NCBI GenBank assembly: GCA_965205675.1
Contig: OZ242186.1
Coordinates: 96,001-160,000, forward strand
Source: Nitrosopumilus sp.
GTDB lineage: Archaea > Thermoproteota > Nitrososphaeria > Nitrososphaerales > Nitrosopumilaceae
Direction of reading: 5' to 3'
DNA length: 64,000 bases
Shown here: in pieces, positions 28,613-39,532 of the stretch
How positions within the stretch are numbered: the first letter of the stretch is position 1
How the letters are laid out: each line of letters opens with the position of its first letter
Program-made: the position numbers and the translations under genes
Notes under the pieces: generated by a model
Seen by the model: the letters and a program-made list of their open reading frames with translations, nothing else
The model's database searches: none
What the model was told of the DNA's origin: nothing

Positions 28613-28674
28613 TGCGATCTACTTCAATTTTCCATATACAAACTTTACATCATACATAAATTAAGAATATTAGT

Positions 28675-29739
28675 ATGAAACAGCGTAGAAAGAATCTTCT
28701 CAAATATGCTCAACAGATCGATTGTGATACTTTGGTTACATTTGAGCCTGAAAATTTGTTTTATATGACTGGATTTTGGGGTGAAGCAATTGGCCTACTT
28801 GAAAAAAATGGGAAAACGACGATAATTGCTCCTGAACTTGAGATTGGAAGAGCAAGAGAAGAATCTGTAGATTGTAATGTGATTAATGCAGAACGAGGTG
28901 AAGGCCTTGTCACTTTAGTGATTAAAAAAATCAAGAAAAATCAAGTTTGCACTGACTGTCAAAATTATTCTGTAATGATGTCCTTAAAAAAATCAATTCC
29001 AAAAATAAAATCATCAATTGAACCATTTTACAATGCTAGAATCATTAAAGATGAGAAAGAAATCAAAGTTCTCAAGAAAGCATCAAAAATTATAGATGAA
29101 ATGTTCCAAATATGTTCTAAAAAAATGAAAGTTGATCAAAAAGAATCTGAATTACAAACAATTCTGATGACATATGCAATGGAACAAGAAATGTTTGACA
29201 CTGGCTACAAATCTACATTAAACCCATTAATTATCGCAGGAGGCCCAAATGGAGCATTACCCCATGCTCAAGTTACAAATAGAAAATTCAAAAAAGGTGA
29301 TCTTGTAGTAACTGATCTTACATTAAGATACAAAGGATATGTCTCTGATGCAACTAGGACATTTGCACTTGGAAAAATTTCATCACAAGCAAATGAAGCA
29401 TATAAAATTGTTAAAGAATCTCAAAGACTTGGATTAAAAGCTGTAAAACCAAATATTGATTGTAAAGATATTGATTCTGCATGTAGAAAATATATTAATA
29501 AAAAAGATTTTGGTCAATACTTTATCCATTCTACTGGTCATGGAATTGGATTAGAAGTCCATGAATTACCTACTATTTCTTATAAAAGTAATACAAAATT
29601 AAAAAAAAATATGGCAATTACTGTAGAACCTGGCATTTACATTCAAAATAAATTTGGAATTAGAATAGAAGACTCATTGATCGTAAAAGAACGACCAATC
29701 ATTATGCATAAATTTACTAAAGATTTAGTTACAATTTAA
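28675..29739 (+). CDS. Xaa-Pro peptidase (M24)
   Basis: YVSDATRT, HSTGHGIGLEVHE, EPGIY, RIED. Confidence 0.93.
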   Translation: MKQRRKNLLKYAQQIDCDTLVTFEPENLFYMTGFWGEAIGLLEKNGKTTIIAPELEIGRAREESVDCNVINAERGEGLVTLVIKKIKKNQVCTDCQNYSVMMSLKKSIPKIKSSIEPFYNARIIKDEKEIKVLKKASKIIDEMFQICSKKMKVDQKESELQTILMTYAMEQEMFDTGYKSTLNPLIIAGGPNGALPHAQVTNRKFKKGDLVVTDLTLRYKGYVSDATRTFALGKISSQANEAYKIVKESQRLGLKAVKPNIDCKDIDSACRKYINKKDFGQYFIHSTGHGIGLEVHELPTISYKSNTKLKKNMAITVEPGIYIQNKFGIRIEDSLIVKERPIIMHKFTKDLVTI

Positions 29740-29747
29740 GCTTATTT

Positions 29748-30230
29748 TTAGTCATAATAATTAACCAAGTCAATTATATGTTTTGCATTTGGATTGTTTG
29801 AAATAATTTCCTCAGACATTATATTCACATTCCAATCATAATTCATTTCACCGTTATATGATTTAAAATTAAAATTTACTTTGTATTCTTTAGAATCTAC
29901 ATTTGTTACAACTAAATCAACTATCGTTTTTTTATGATCAAAGATTTTTTCATTAGGGTACTCTTCACCAATTCTATTCTCTAATGCTTCTAAGACTGTT
30001 AATCCATCATTATTTGGACCATCATATTTCATTAAAATATCAATTACTTGTTTTTCATCGGCCGAAAATTCTGGAAAACTTTTCTCGAGTGTTCCTTTGG
30101 TATATTCAGGAATTACAAATACAACTAACATTGCGATCAGAGCAAGATAGATTGGAGCCCTCTTTCTCAGAAATGACTTAAAATCATTCTTTTTTGGTTT
30201 ACCTTCTTTTTTCTTGCTTTCTTTATCCAT
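29748..30230 (-). CDS. Single-TM hypothetical protein
   Basis: Basic N-terminus, TM, soluble domain. Confidence 0.7.
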   Translation of the reverse strand: MDKESKKKEGKPKKNDFKSFLRKRAPIYLALIAMLVVFVIPEYTKGTLEKSFPEFSADEKQVIDILMKYDGPNNDGLTVLEALENRIGEEYPNEKIFDHKKTIVDLVVTNVDSKEYKVNFNFKSYNGEMNYDWNVNIMSEEIISNNPNAKHIIDLVNYYD

Positions 30231-30241
30231 ATCTCTTCAAT

Positions 30242-31084
30242 CTAATTTTTAGCACTTAGAATTAAAACTTGCCAAGGAAATAAAATCTCTCCATTTTTCT
30301 TCGTATATTGTAATGTTTTATCTTTGACTAACTGTTTTAATTCTTTTCTTTCTGCATAATCTAACTTGTTTATCTTTTCTTTTAGTGGTTTTGTAATATA
30401 TTTTAAATAATTTTTCCAATAATCATCAAATTTTCCTGGACTAAAATAAAAAACATAATCTTTTACAATGATTTTTGAAAATCCTGCTTTATTTACTTCT
30501 TTTTTTAATGACAATTTTGTTCCAAATCTATCAAGATCTGGAGAATTTGATGGAATATAATCTGGAATATACTTGATAACTGAATCAATAATACTATTAA
30601 AGAAAGGAACACCATCTTTACTTCCATGTACAGAAATCCCAATATTTCCTGATTTTTTGAGACTATTTTTCATATTTTTTAATGCTTTTTGAGCATTAGG
30701 AAAAAAAAACAAAGCATACTGACAAGTAACAACATCAAATTTCTTTGAAAAATTGAATTTCTCTGCATCTATATTTATAAAATTTATATTTGATTTTTTT
30801 CCATTCCATTTTTTTGCGATTTTAATTGCTGTATTTGACGTATCTATTCCTACAACATATCCTGACTTTCCAATTTTCTTTTGAATTTCATTTGTAACTA
30901 CCCCTGTTCCACATGCAACATCCAATACCGTATCACCTTTGTTGATGTTTACTGATTCCATTAGTTTTTTTGTACTTTGAAATGGTCCTTTATTGACACT
31001 AGCCCATCTTTTATGATATCTTGGAGCAACTTCATTCCAAATTTTCATATTTCGTTGTTTGTATTCTGAATGAACGAATTTCAT
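30242..31084 (-). CDS. Class I SAM-dependent methyltransferase
   Basis: VLDVACGTG, FDVVTC. Confidence 0.9.
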   Translation of the reverse strand: MKFVHSEYKQRNMKIWNEVAPRYHKRWASVNKGPFQSTKKLMESVNINKGDTVLDVACGTGVVTNEIQKKIGKSGYVVGIDTSNTAIKIAKKWNGKKSNINFINIDAEKFNFSKKFDVVTCQYALFFFPNAQKALKNMKNSLKKSGNIGISVHGSKDGVPFFNSIIDSVIKYIPDYIPSNSPDLDRFGTKLSLKKEVNKAGFSKIIVKDYVFYFSPGKFDDYWKNYLKYITKPLKEKINKLDYAERKELKQLVKDKTLQYTKKNGEILFPWQVLILSAKN

Positions 31085-31118
31085 ATTACTACATATGTAT
31101 ACAATCTTTGATCTATTT

Positions 31119-31286
31119 TTATGTAATCTCTTCTAAATCTGATTTTAGTATTCTATCGGCTTCATGATAATATCCATGTTCAATTTTATTAATTTTTTCT
31201 TTTAATTTACTATTATTTGATTTTAGGAATTTTAAATTAATTTCTTTATATTCGGTAACTAATTTTCTAAGTTCAGATTTTTTTAT
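31119..31286 (-). CDS. 55-aa helical ORF with ATA in the start position (possible pseudogene)
   Basis: (I/M)KKSELRKLVTEYKEINLKF...EHGYYHEADRILKSDLEEIT*; ATAA overlaps the coaBC stop. Confidence 0.5.
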   Translation of the reverse strand: MKKSELRKLVTEYKEINLKFLKSNNSKLKEKINKIEHGYYHEADRILKSDLEEIT

Positions 31287-32536
31287 TTAATTTTATTTTC
31301 AATTTCTTTTTTAATAAGTTTAGAAATTTTTTCTTTATTAATCCATTTTGAAACAATATTCTTTTCTGAGTTTACAATGATAATTTGATTATTTTGAGAA
31401 TTTTTCTTATATCTAAAAGTTCCTACATCATTTGCAATTATCATATCTGCAGATGACTCTCTCAATTTTTTTTCTGCTGATTTTATTAGTTGAGTTTTTG
31501 TTAGATTTGTTTCAGCTTTAAAACCCACTAAAAAGAGATCTTTTTGATATTTTTTTATTTGATCTATGATTTTGGGAGCTTTTTTGAGGCTAATATTTAT
31601 ATTTGATTTTGAACTCTTAATTTTCTTTTTACTCTGAATGGTTGGAACATAATCTGCAATGGCTGCTGCCATAATGACAATATCGAATTTTTTCTTTAAT
31701 TCTGACTTGACTGCAATATGCATTTCTTTACTAGATAAAACATTAATTATTTTTGCACCTTTTGGTGGTTTTTCTTCTCCTGGCCCATAAACCAAAGTGA
31801 CTTTAGCTCCTGCAGAAATTAATTCAAATGCTAAACTAACTCCTGTTTTTCCAGAACTTTGGTTTGTAATTACTCGTACTGGATCTATATGTTCAATTGT
31901 AGGTCCGGCAGTCATTAATATTTTTTTATTTTTTAATGTAGATGAAATTCCAAATTTCTTTGATACATTTTCTAAAACATCTTCAGGTTCGGGAGATTTT
32001 GCTTTACCTTCAATTATTTGTGGAGAAATAAATTCGATTTTATTTTTTAAAAATTTAATATTTTTTTTGACAGCTGGATTTTCATACATTGATGCATGCA
32101 TAGCAAGACACATTAAAATTGGAATTTTAGAGCCAAAACCTACCGTAAGTACTGTCGATATAGGCGTATCATCAATCCCATTTGCTAATTTTCCTAATGT
32201 ATTTGCAGTTGCGGGATATACTATTACTAAATCTGTTTGATTATAATCTACTAATCTTATATGTTCTAATTCCCCAGTAAGTTTTGTTACTACTTTATTT
32301 CCTGTAGCCCATTTGAAATATTCTGGTTGAATTAATTTTGTAACTGCATTACTTGCTACACATTTGACATCTGCACCATGTCTCATTAACAATCTCGCAA
32401 GTTCTATTGCTTTGTATGCTGCAACACTACCTGCTACACAAAGCACAATTCTCTTCCCAGATAATTCCACACCGTGTGAACTAACTATATCTAAGGACGG
32501 ATGATCTTTTTTGTTAATTTTATTTTTTATCGCCAA
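31283..32536 (-). CDS. coaBC: Phosphopantothenoylcysteine decarboxylase/ligase
   Basis: GSVAAYK, PATANTLGKLANG, TAGPT.E.IDPVR, GFKAE. Confidence 0.95.
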   Translation of the reverse strand: MAIKNKINKKDHPSLDIVSSHGVELSGKRIVLCVAGSVAAYKAIELARLLMRHGADVKCVASNAVTKLIQPEYFKWATGNKVVTKLTGELEHIRLVDYNQTDLVIVYPATANTLGKLANGIDDTPISTVLTVGFGSKIPILMCLAMHASMYENPAVKKNIKFLKNKIEFISPQIIEGKAKSPEPEDVLENVSKKFGISSTLKNKKILMTAGPTIEHIDPVRVITNQSSGKTGVSLAFELISAGAKVTLVYGPGEEKPPKGAKIINVLSSKEMHIAVKSELKKKFDIVIMAAAIADYVPTIQSKKKIKSSKSNINISLKKAPKIIDQIKKYQKDLFLVGFKAETNLTKTQLIKSAEKKLRESSADMIIANDVGTFRYKKNSQNNQIIIVNSEKNIVSKWINKEKISKLIKKEIENKIK

Positions 32537-33365
32537 TTTGTTCTCGCATTTTTTTAAGTTCTTCACCATTCATTGAAAATGAATTTTCTTGAGTAGGAAA
32601 TCTACTAGATTCTACATCACTTTTATAATTTTCAAGTGATCTCACAATATCTTCAGATAGATTCATGTATCTCTTTGCAAATTTTGGTTTGATTTTGTCG
32701 TACATGCCAAGTAAATCTTGTATTACCAGAACTTGGCCGTCACAATTTACCCCAGAACCAATCCCTATTACAGGTACACTAACTGTTTCAGAAATTATTT
32801 GAGCAACTTCATGACTAACCATTTCTAAAGCAATACTGAAAACTCCTGCATCTTCAAGTTTTTTTGCATCTTCAATTAATTTCATTGCAGTATCTTTTGT
32901 TTTACCTTGAACTTTGTATCCCTCTAAAAGCATTGTAGTTTGAGGTTGTAATCCTATATGGCCCATAACAGGAATTCCTATATCCACAATAGAACTAATT
33001 GTTTCGGCCATTATTGAACCACCTTCAAGCTTTACTGCATCTGCACCAGATTTGATTAATTTACCAGAATTATTTATAGCATCTTCAATACTTGTTTGAT
33101 ATGACATGAAAGGTAAATCTGATACAAGTAAGGAATTTTTTCTTGCTCTACTAACAGCTTCTGTAAACATACACATATGATCCATTGTTACGGGAACTGT
33201 ACTTTCATATCCAAGCATTACCATTCCTACACTATCTCCTACTAGTAGAACATCAATACCCGCTTTATCGCATAATGAAGCTAAAGTATAGTCATAACTA
33301 GTAATTACTGAAATTTTTTTCTTTTCTTTTTTCATATTAATTATATCTTGAACAGTTTTATGCAA
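32520..33365 (-). CDS. panB: Ketopantoate hydroxymethyltransferase
   Basis: LVGDS.GM, AVKLEGG, GHIGL.PQ, GIGSG..CDGQ. Confidence 0.96.
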   Translation of the reverse strand: MHKTVQDIINMKKEKKKISVITSYDYTLASLCDKAGIDVLLVGDSVGMVMLGYESTVPVTMDHMCMFTEAVSRARKNSLLVSDLPFMSYQTSIEDAINNSGKLIKSGADAVKLEGGSIMAETISSIVDIGIPVMGHIGLQPQTTMLLEGYKVQGKTKDTAMKLIEDAKKLEDAGVFSIALEMVSHEVAQIISETVSVPVIGIGSGVNCDGQVLVIQDLLGMYDKIKPKFAKRYMNLSEDIVRSLENYKSDVESSRFPTQENSFSMNGEELKKMREQIGDKK

Positions 33366-34122
33366 CTTTTGCCCTCCTTGTTAAATTATTTTTAATTTGA
33401 ATTATACTTTCTTTGAGATTTTTCTTATTATCAAATTCTTTAATGATTTTTAAAAGACTTTTTTGATTTTTCTTTGACAGCTTTTTTGATTCACTAATTA
33501 GTAAATCAATTGCTCGTGTTACATTATCCACAATTGTGATATTTGCAGTTTGTGAAGTTCTAGAAAGAGGATTTAGATCAAATGTTATGACTATTTTTCC
33601 TGCTTTTCTAAGTGCTATAGTTCTGTCTCCATCTTCTAATGGCACAACTACAACATCGGCTACAAATATTCCATCTTTGTCTACAATTCTTCGTGCAGAA
33701 TCAATCCCTGGTAATTTTTTAAATGATGATGTTTTCGAACCTAAAATTTCACTGGCACCATTTTTTTTGAGGATTTTGATAATTACTTTTTTTCTTTTTT
33801 CATTTGTATAAAACAAATTTACCTCAAGTCTTGCTTTGACTTGTTTTGATAGTTTTACAATTTGTTTTGGACACAATGCTGCTATATTTCCATTAATTGA
33901 AATTACAGGTATTTTTGCAACTAGTAGTTGAGCAGCTGCAGCTTTTATAGCCTGAGATGCAACTTTTCCTGTTTTTTCTCCTAGTAGATAATCAAAAGCT
34001 TCGCCTCTGCCTTGAGCTAAAAGGCCTTCTTTTGCAACTAATCCACTATTAAATCCCTCAACTAATTTTTCACGAATTAAAAGTGATTTAGCTCTTGGAT
34101 GGGATTTTGGAATTAATGACAT
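33358..34122 (-). CDS. Archaeal 4-phosphopantothenate synthetase (PPS)
   Basis: IPKSHPR..SL..RE, GRGEAFDYLLGE, PLEDGDR, DLNPLSRT. Confidence 0.93.
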   Translation of the reverse strand: MSLIPKSHPRAKSLLIREKLVEGFNSGLVAKEGLLAQGRGEAFDYLLGEKTGKVASQAIKAAAAQLLVAKIPVISINGNIAALCPKQIVKLSKQVKARLEVNLFYTNEKRKKVIIKILKKNGASEILGSKTSSFKKLPGIDSARRIVDKDGIFVADVVVVPLEDGDRTIALRKAGKIVITFDLNPLSRTSQTANITIVDNVTRAIDLLISESKKLSKKNQKSLLKIIKEFDNKKNLKESIIQIKNNLTRRAKVA

Positions 34123-34130
34123 AGTTTTAA

Positions 34131-35042
34131 TTAATTATTTAAAATTCTGGCTCCATTATCATCCAATTCTGATTTTATTATAATTCCTTCAGAATGTTTT
34201 TGTAAAATACCTAAAACTTTAGATTCTTCTTTCTTTGGTATCATTGAAAAAATTGTTTCACCAAAAAGAGCAATTCCACATTTAATATTATTATTTGACA
34301 ATTCACCAACTATTTTTTGCATTCTAGGTGTCATGATATTTATATATTTTGCAAATTCTAAAGACATGTCTTGAAAATGTTCATAATCTTTTGATCCTAA
34401 TAATCTGTTTACCATTTTTCCACCTAATCCATTAATTTGGGATAGGCGTTCTTTGATGAATTTATTTGTAGACATAGGAGAAAAACAAATCATAATAATA
34501 GAAATTTTGTCTGTATTTATTTTTTCTACATGACCGATTCCTGGCGCACCTGGTTTTATACGAATTTCAAATCCACCGTAATATGATGCTAAAACATCTC
34601 CAAGTCCTGTCTTACAATTCATTTCTGCATTATGTGCAATTTTTCCAATTATTGTTTTTTCTAATTTTGTATCAAGTACTTGATCTAATGCAAATGATAA
34701 TGATAATGCAATTGCACTACTAGATCCTAAACCATAACCCACTGGAATGGATATGTTATGTTCTATGTCAAAAAACTTGTCTGAAAATTTTCCAAGTTTT
34801 AAAAATTCATTTAAAACATACTGTGAAACGTCTGTCTTATCTGATTGGTATCCATATGTTGTAATTTTAAAATTTGATTCTTGATTATTTTTTACTTGAG
34901 TTTTTACTTTGGTTGTAACTCCTTGATTGATTGAAAAACCTGCCCCTATAGAGCCTAGATTTTCTAAATCTTTTTGTCCATCTTCTAAATGGGCTTTGAA
35001 GAACCCTGTGATATGTGCAGGACAAAATGCTTTCGCTTCCAT
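34131..35042 (-). CDS. Pantoate kinase (GHMP family)
   Basis: PAHITGFF, PVGYGLGSS, TGLGDV; within the CoA operon. Confidence 0.92.
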   Translation of the reverse strand: MEAKAFCPAHITGFFKAHLEDGQKDLENLGSIGAGFSINQGVTTKVKTQVKNNQESNFKITTYGYQSDKTDVSQYVLNEFLKLGKFSDKFFDIEHNISIPVGYGLGSSSAIALSLSFALDQVLDTKLEKTIIGKIAHNAEMNCKTGLGDVLASYYGGFEIRIKPGAPGIGHVEKINTDKISIIMICFSPMSTNKFIKERLSQINGLGGKMVNRLLGSKDYEHFQDMSLEFAKYINIMTPRMQKIVGELSNNNIKCGIALFGETIFSMIPKKEESKVLGILQKHSEGIIIKSELDDNGARILNN

Positions 35043-35107
35043 TGATCTGAGTTTAAATTTTACATAAAATATAAGAATATGGATTAAATTAATTAAATTA
35101 GTATAAA

Positions 35108-36088
35108 TTGACTAAATTCATTCGACGCCTACAAAGAATTGGGAGTAGTATACTGGTATCATTACCCAAAGAATGGGTTGATGCCAATAATCTAGATAAG
35201 AGTAGTCAAGTTGAAATAGAAACAGGTCAGGACAGTATATCCATTTCAACAAATAAAGAAACTAGGCCAACAAAAGAACTTGTTATTTCTTATCCATTAC
35301 CAAAAGAAGAAAACATTGTTGCAAATATTACAGGTGCATATCTTTTAGGATATGACATTATTGTAATTAATTCAAAATCTATTATTCCAGGTAAAGACAG
35401 AGAAGAAATTCGTAATTCAATGCGACGGTTAGTCGGAATGGAAATAATTGAAGAAGATGCATCTCATATTAACATGCAATTTCTTTTAGATGCTACAACC
35501 CTAAATCCTCCAAAAATTCTCAAACGAATGAGTTCAATTGCACTTGGAATGTATGATGATGTATTAACTGGATTAATTTCAGATGATAAATCTAATCTAC
35601 AAACATTATCAAAACGTGATGTTGAAGTAAATAGACAATATTTTTTGCTTGTAAGACTAATTCGTAGTACACTTGTTGATAAACGATTAGCTAATGCATT
35701 TAATTTAGAAAATATTGATGTACTTGATTATAGAGTTGCTGCAAGTGTTCTTGAAAATGCAGGTGATTCTATTGTTGAGCTTTCCAATTTTATATTTAAT
35801 TTTTCTTTATCAAAAGAATATTCTAAAAAAATTTATGATGTAGTAAGAGATTTTAATAAACTTGCAGAAAAATCTATTGATGCATTTACAAAACCCGATA
35901 GATTGTTAGCTATAGAAGCAATATCCATGCATAAACAATATGAAAAAAAACTTAGTTTACTTAGAACTACATTAGGTACTAAAAAACAAATTCCGTTAGA
36001 CTTTCTTGATCTAATATACATGTTTGAAAGAATTGCACAATCTTGGGCTGATGTTGCAGATCTTGTACAACCTATTTACAATGAATAA
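35108..36088 (+). CDS. PhoU-family regulator with AbrB-like N-terminus
   Basis: RRLQRIGSS..VSLPKEW; PhoU repeats. Confidence 0.85.
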   Translation: MTKFIRRLQRIGSSILVSLPKEWVDANNLDKSSQVEIETGQDSISISTNKETRPTKELVISYPLPKEENIVANITGAYLLGYDIIVINSKSIIPGKDREEIRNSMRRLVGMEIIEEDASHINMQFLLDATTLNPPKILKRMSSIALGMYDDVLTGLISDDKSNLQTLSKRDVEVNRQYFLLVRLIRSTLVDKRLANAFNLENIDVLDYRVAASVLENAGDSIVELSNFIFNFSLSKEYSKKIYDVVRDFNKLAEKSIDAFTKPDRLLAIEAISMHKQYEKKLSLLRTTLGTKKQIPLDFLDLIYMFERIAQSWADVADLVQPIYNE

Positions 36089-36604
36089 CTAATACAATTT
36101 CTTTTTTGCAACATAAGTTAAAACCGCACATATTGTTTTTGAATCTTGAATTTTACCTGTTTTTATCATTGATAGAAGTTTTTTAAAATCTATTTTTACT
36201 ACTGATAATATTTCATCCTCATCAAGTTTCAAACTAGATATTTTCTTTAGTCCTGAGGCTACAAAACAATGAATTACCTCTGCATTGTATCCAATTGATG
36301 GGTAATATGTGATAAGAGCAGTCATTTTCTTTGCCCTATATCCTGTTTCTTCTTCTAATTCTCTAAATGCACATCTTATTGGTTCTTCTTCTTTTTCTAA
36401 TGTTCCAGCAGGAATTTCTAAAACATATCCGTGTGGAAATCTATATTGTTCTACTAGAATCACTTTTTTATTTTCATCAAAAGCAAGCATAGCTGCAGCT
36501 CCTCTATGTTTAATGAATTCTCTTCTTACTTTCCTACCTTCTATTTTTCCATCATAAACACTAAGATCTAAAATTTTTCCTTTGTAGATCTTTGTTTCTT
36601 TCAT
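36089..36604 (-). CDS. NUDIX hydrolase (ADP-ribose pyrophosphatase type)
   Basis: G-x5-E-x7-RELEEETG, IQDSKT. Confidence 0.93.
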   Translation of the reverse strand: MKETKIYKGKILDLSVYDGKIEGRKVRREFIKHRGAAAMLAFDENKKVILVEQYRFPHGYVLEIPAGTLEKEEEPIRCAFRELEEETGYRAKKMTALITYYPSIGYNAEVIHCFVASGLKKISSLKLDEDEILSVVKIDFKKLLSMIKTGKIQDSKTICAVLTYVAKKKLY

Positions 36605-36628
36605 ATAATATCTAAAAATTATTCTTAT

Positions 36629-37531
36629 TTATTTGATTTTATATGTTAAATGTAATTTTGGTGATTTTTTAAAATCATTAATTGCTTTTTCTATCCATTT
36701 TATATAGATTAAAATCTTTTTTGGAATAAATAAATCCGCCGATTTTACATTTTTAATATTTCTAACTTGTTGTGTAATTTCATCCATTTTGAAAATATTA
36801 TCACTGTACATAAATAATACAATTTGATTTTTTGCTATGAAAGGAATTTGTAAATATGATTTTGAAAATACATTATTTAAATTTTCTAGTGTTTCTTTTA
36901 GATCCTTTTCAATCCAAGTAAGTATAACATGTGGAATGAAATTTTCAATTTTTACAGGATCATAAACTAATGTAAATTGTATTCCTTCATTTTCATGTAA
37001 TTTTTCAATACATCTTGTAATTGTTTTTGTTGACATTTTTGTATTTTTTGCGATTTGTTCAATTTTTTGTCTAGGATCTTTGATTAATTCTTCTAATATT
37101 TCTAAATCTGTTTTTGTAAGATTTGAATTAAATCCCGGATTTTCTGCTTCAAAAATAGTTAAAACTCTGACATCTTTCATCAGTTTTTTTGCAAGTTCAA
37201 TTTTTTGATTCATATTTTCTTTTATTGAAATACCACAAACTGTAACCCCCCCCACACATGGGACTACAAAATACGGCTCACCTACAAGGCTTGCTTGTTC
37301 TAAGATTTCTGTAATGTTTTCTCCTGATACAACAAAGTATAGTACGCCATAGCCTAATACTGGAGGTTCAACTTTGATGAAAATTTTTTCAATTACCTTT
37401 CTTTCTTGCATTTTTCGGATTCTAGCTCGTACTGCTCCGCCTGATATTCCTACTTCTATGCCTATTTGTCTATTTGATTCTCTACAATTGTTTAACAATC
37501 TGTTGAGAATTTTCATATCCAAATTGTCCAT
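36629..37531 (-). CDS. Lrp/AsnC-family regulator with two HTH domains
   Basis: MDNLDMKIL..L..NCR and TDLEIL.EL.KDPR...IAK. Confidence 0.88.
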   Translation of the reverse strand: MDNLDMKILNRLLNNCRESNRQIGIEVGISGGAVRARIRKMQERKVIEKIFIKVEPPVLGYGVLYFVVSGENITEILEQASLVGEPYFVVPCVGGVTVCGISIKENMNQKIELAKKLMKDVRVLTIFEAENPGFNSNLTKTDLEILEELIKDPRQKIEQIAKNTKMSTKTITRCIEKLHENEGIQFTLVYDPVKIENFIPHVILTWIEKDLKETLENLNNVFSKSYLQIPFIAKNQIVLFMYSDNIFKMDEITQQVRNIKNVKSADLFIPKKILIYIKWIEKAINDFKKSPKLHLTYKIK

Positions 37532-37586
37532 TATATCACTTCAAATGACTTCATTAATTATAGAAATAACTAATATCATATAAAAT

Positions 37587-37619
37587 TGTCTATACTGTTA
37601 GCATTATACATCATAGACA
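37587..37619. promoter_or_regulatory. Inverted repeat TGTCTAT-N19-ATAGACA, candidate operator
   Basis: Located in the divergent regulator/ABC intergenic region. Confidence 0.4.
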
Positions 37620-37647
37620 TTAAATATTAGACTATTTTACTAGTTTT

Positions 37648-38835
37648 GTGGATTACAAGGTAAAACTAGCAAAACGAATGTTATTCAATAAAAAAGGCAG
37701 TTTGATTGGTGCTGTTTTAGCAGTAACTGTTGGGATTTTAGTTATTCATGTAAACTTTGTAATCTTCCAAGGATTGTATGATGCTATTGTCAGAGATATC
37801 AGTGATTATAGTACAGGTGATGTGATTGTAACTGATGAATTTGATTTTATAGACAAATCTGATCAGTCTCTTATTAGATGGTTTGAACGTATCCCAGATG
37901 TTAAAGCCGTTACGCCGCGGTTATCTACAACAGCTGAAATGAATATGACAAAAAACGGAAAGTTAGTTGAAGAAAGCAGAATTTCATTGGTAGGAGTTGA
38001 TCCCTTTAATGATGTTAGGGCTTCTACAGCACACACAACTGTTTCTGATGGAAGTTATGTTTTTTCAAGAAATTCTATCGTGTTAGGATCTGCTGTTGCA
38101 AGAGATTTGGGAGGAGCTCAAGTAGGTGATAGCGTAAAAGTTCTTGTAGTTGATAGATGGGGAGAAGATCAAGTTAAAAGATTTATGGTTACTGGAATAG
38201 CAAGTTCACCAGGAGGACAAGGATTTGATTATTCTGGTGTTATTCATATTGATACTTTACGTGACATGATGAGTAGACATGGAGATACAGGTTCATTCAT
38301 GGTAAAACTATATGATCATTCTGCTGCAACGGAAGTCAAAGAATTCTTTTTACGTTCATTCCCTAACGATGATTTTATTGCTGAAACTACTGAAGAAGCA
38401 TCTGAAGCACAACTACAAGGTTTTAGATCTGGTATTGCCATGATTAACATGGTTGGTTACTTCGGAATGATGTCTTCTGCATTTGCAGTTGTTACAATCC
38501 AAATGATGTTGGTAAATGGAAAAACTAGAGAAATAGGTGTAATGAGATCTATAGGAGCTAAACGAAAAGACATTCTAATAATTTTTATTTTTCAAGGAAT
38601 GATAATTGGAGCTATTGGTGCTGGTGTTGGTACTGCAGCTGGATTAGGTTATACTTTTTACGCTAAAGAAACAAAAATGTCATTTAATGGAAGTCTTGAA
38701 TTAGAAGTAACTTATAACTGGGAGAAAATTTTCCAAACAGCACTTACTTCTTTTATGTTGGCAGTAATTGCGTCTATATATCCGTCGTATAGAGCTACAA
38801 AGCTATTACCCGTGGAGGCTATGCGAACTGTCTAA
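37648..38835 (+). CDS. MacB/LolE/FtsX-type ABC permease
   Basis: REIGVMRSIGA, YPSYRA.KL.PVEAMR. Confidence 0.92.
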   Translation: MDYKVKLAKRMLFNKKGSLIGAVLAVTVGILVIHVNFVIFQGLYDAIVRDISDYSTGDVIVTDEFDFIDKSDQSLIRWFERIPDVKAVTPRLSTTAEMNMTKNGKLVEESRISLVGVDPFNDVRASTAHTTVSDGSYVFSRNSIVLGSAVARDLGGAQVGDSVKVLVVDRWGEDQVKRFMVTGIASSPGGQGFDYSGVIHIDTLRDMMSRHGDTGSFMVKLYDHSAATEVKEFFLRSFPNDDFIAETTEEASEAQLQGFRSGIAMINMVGYFGMMSSAFAVVTIQMMLVNGKTREIGVMRSIGAKRKDILIIFIFQGMIIGAIGAGVGTAAGLGYTFYAKETKMSFNGSLELEVTYNWEKIFQTALTSFMLAVIASIYPSYRATKLLPVEAMRTV

Positions 38836-39532
38836 CGTGCTTGAGATTAATAATCTCAACAAAATCTATGGAGAAAATGATAGTCAAGTAAAAGCTCTTG
38901 TTAATGTTTCATTTTCAATTAAACAAGGAGAATTTGTTTTAATTGTGGGAAGTTCTGGTTCTGGCAAATCCACGTTACTAAACATGATCGGATTGTTAGA
39001 CAGACCAACTAATGGGGAAATTTCAATTGATGGTGTAAATACTACATCTCTAAATGATGATAAAATTTCATCATTTAGAAATAATAAATTAGGATTTATT
39101 TTCCAATTCTCTAATTTACTAAGTGATCTTTCAGTTTTAGAAAATGTCTTGTTACCTGTACAAATTTCAGGTAATAATACAATAACACAAAAAGATGCTA
39201 TGGATTTACTAAAATTTGTAGGTCTTGAATCACAAGTCAATAAACGTGCAAATAAAATATCCGGTGGTCAAGCACAAAGAGTCGCTATAGCCAGAGGATT
39301 AATCAATCAACCTTCTATTGTATTAGCAGATGAACCAACTGGTAATCTTGATTCAGTTACTTCAGAGACAATTGTCCAATTAATGAAATCAATGGCAAAA
39401 AAACTTAATCAAACATTCATTATTGTTACACATGATAGACAACATTTTGGTGACGTTGATAGAATAATTACAATTAAAGATGGTAAAGCATTTGAAGGTG
39501 ATCAGCCGCCAGAAATGGAGATTATTGCATAA
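38828..39532 (+). CDS. LolD/MacB-type ABC ATP-binding protein
   Basis: GSSGSGKS, ISGGQAQR, ADEPTGNLD; exact start uncertain (38828 or 38837). Confidence 0.93.
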   Translation: MSNVLEINNLNKIYGENDSQVKALVNVSFSIKQGEFVLIVGSSGSGKSTLLNMIGLLDRPTNGEISIDGVNTTSLNDDKISSFRNNKLGFIFQFSNLLSDLSVLENVLLPVQISGNNTITQKDAMDLLKFVGLESQVNKRANKISGGQAQRVAIARGLINQPSIVLADEPTGNLDSVTSETIVQLMKSMAKKLNQTFIIVTHDRQHFGDVDRIITIKDGKAFEGDQPPEMEIIA

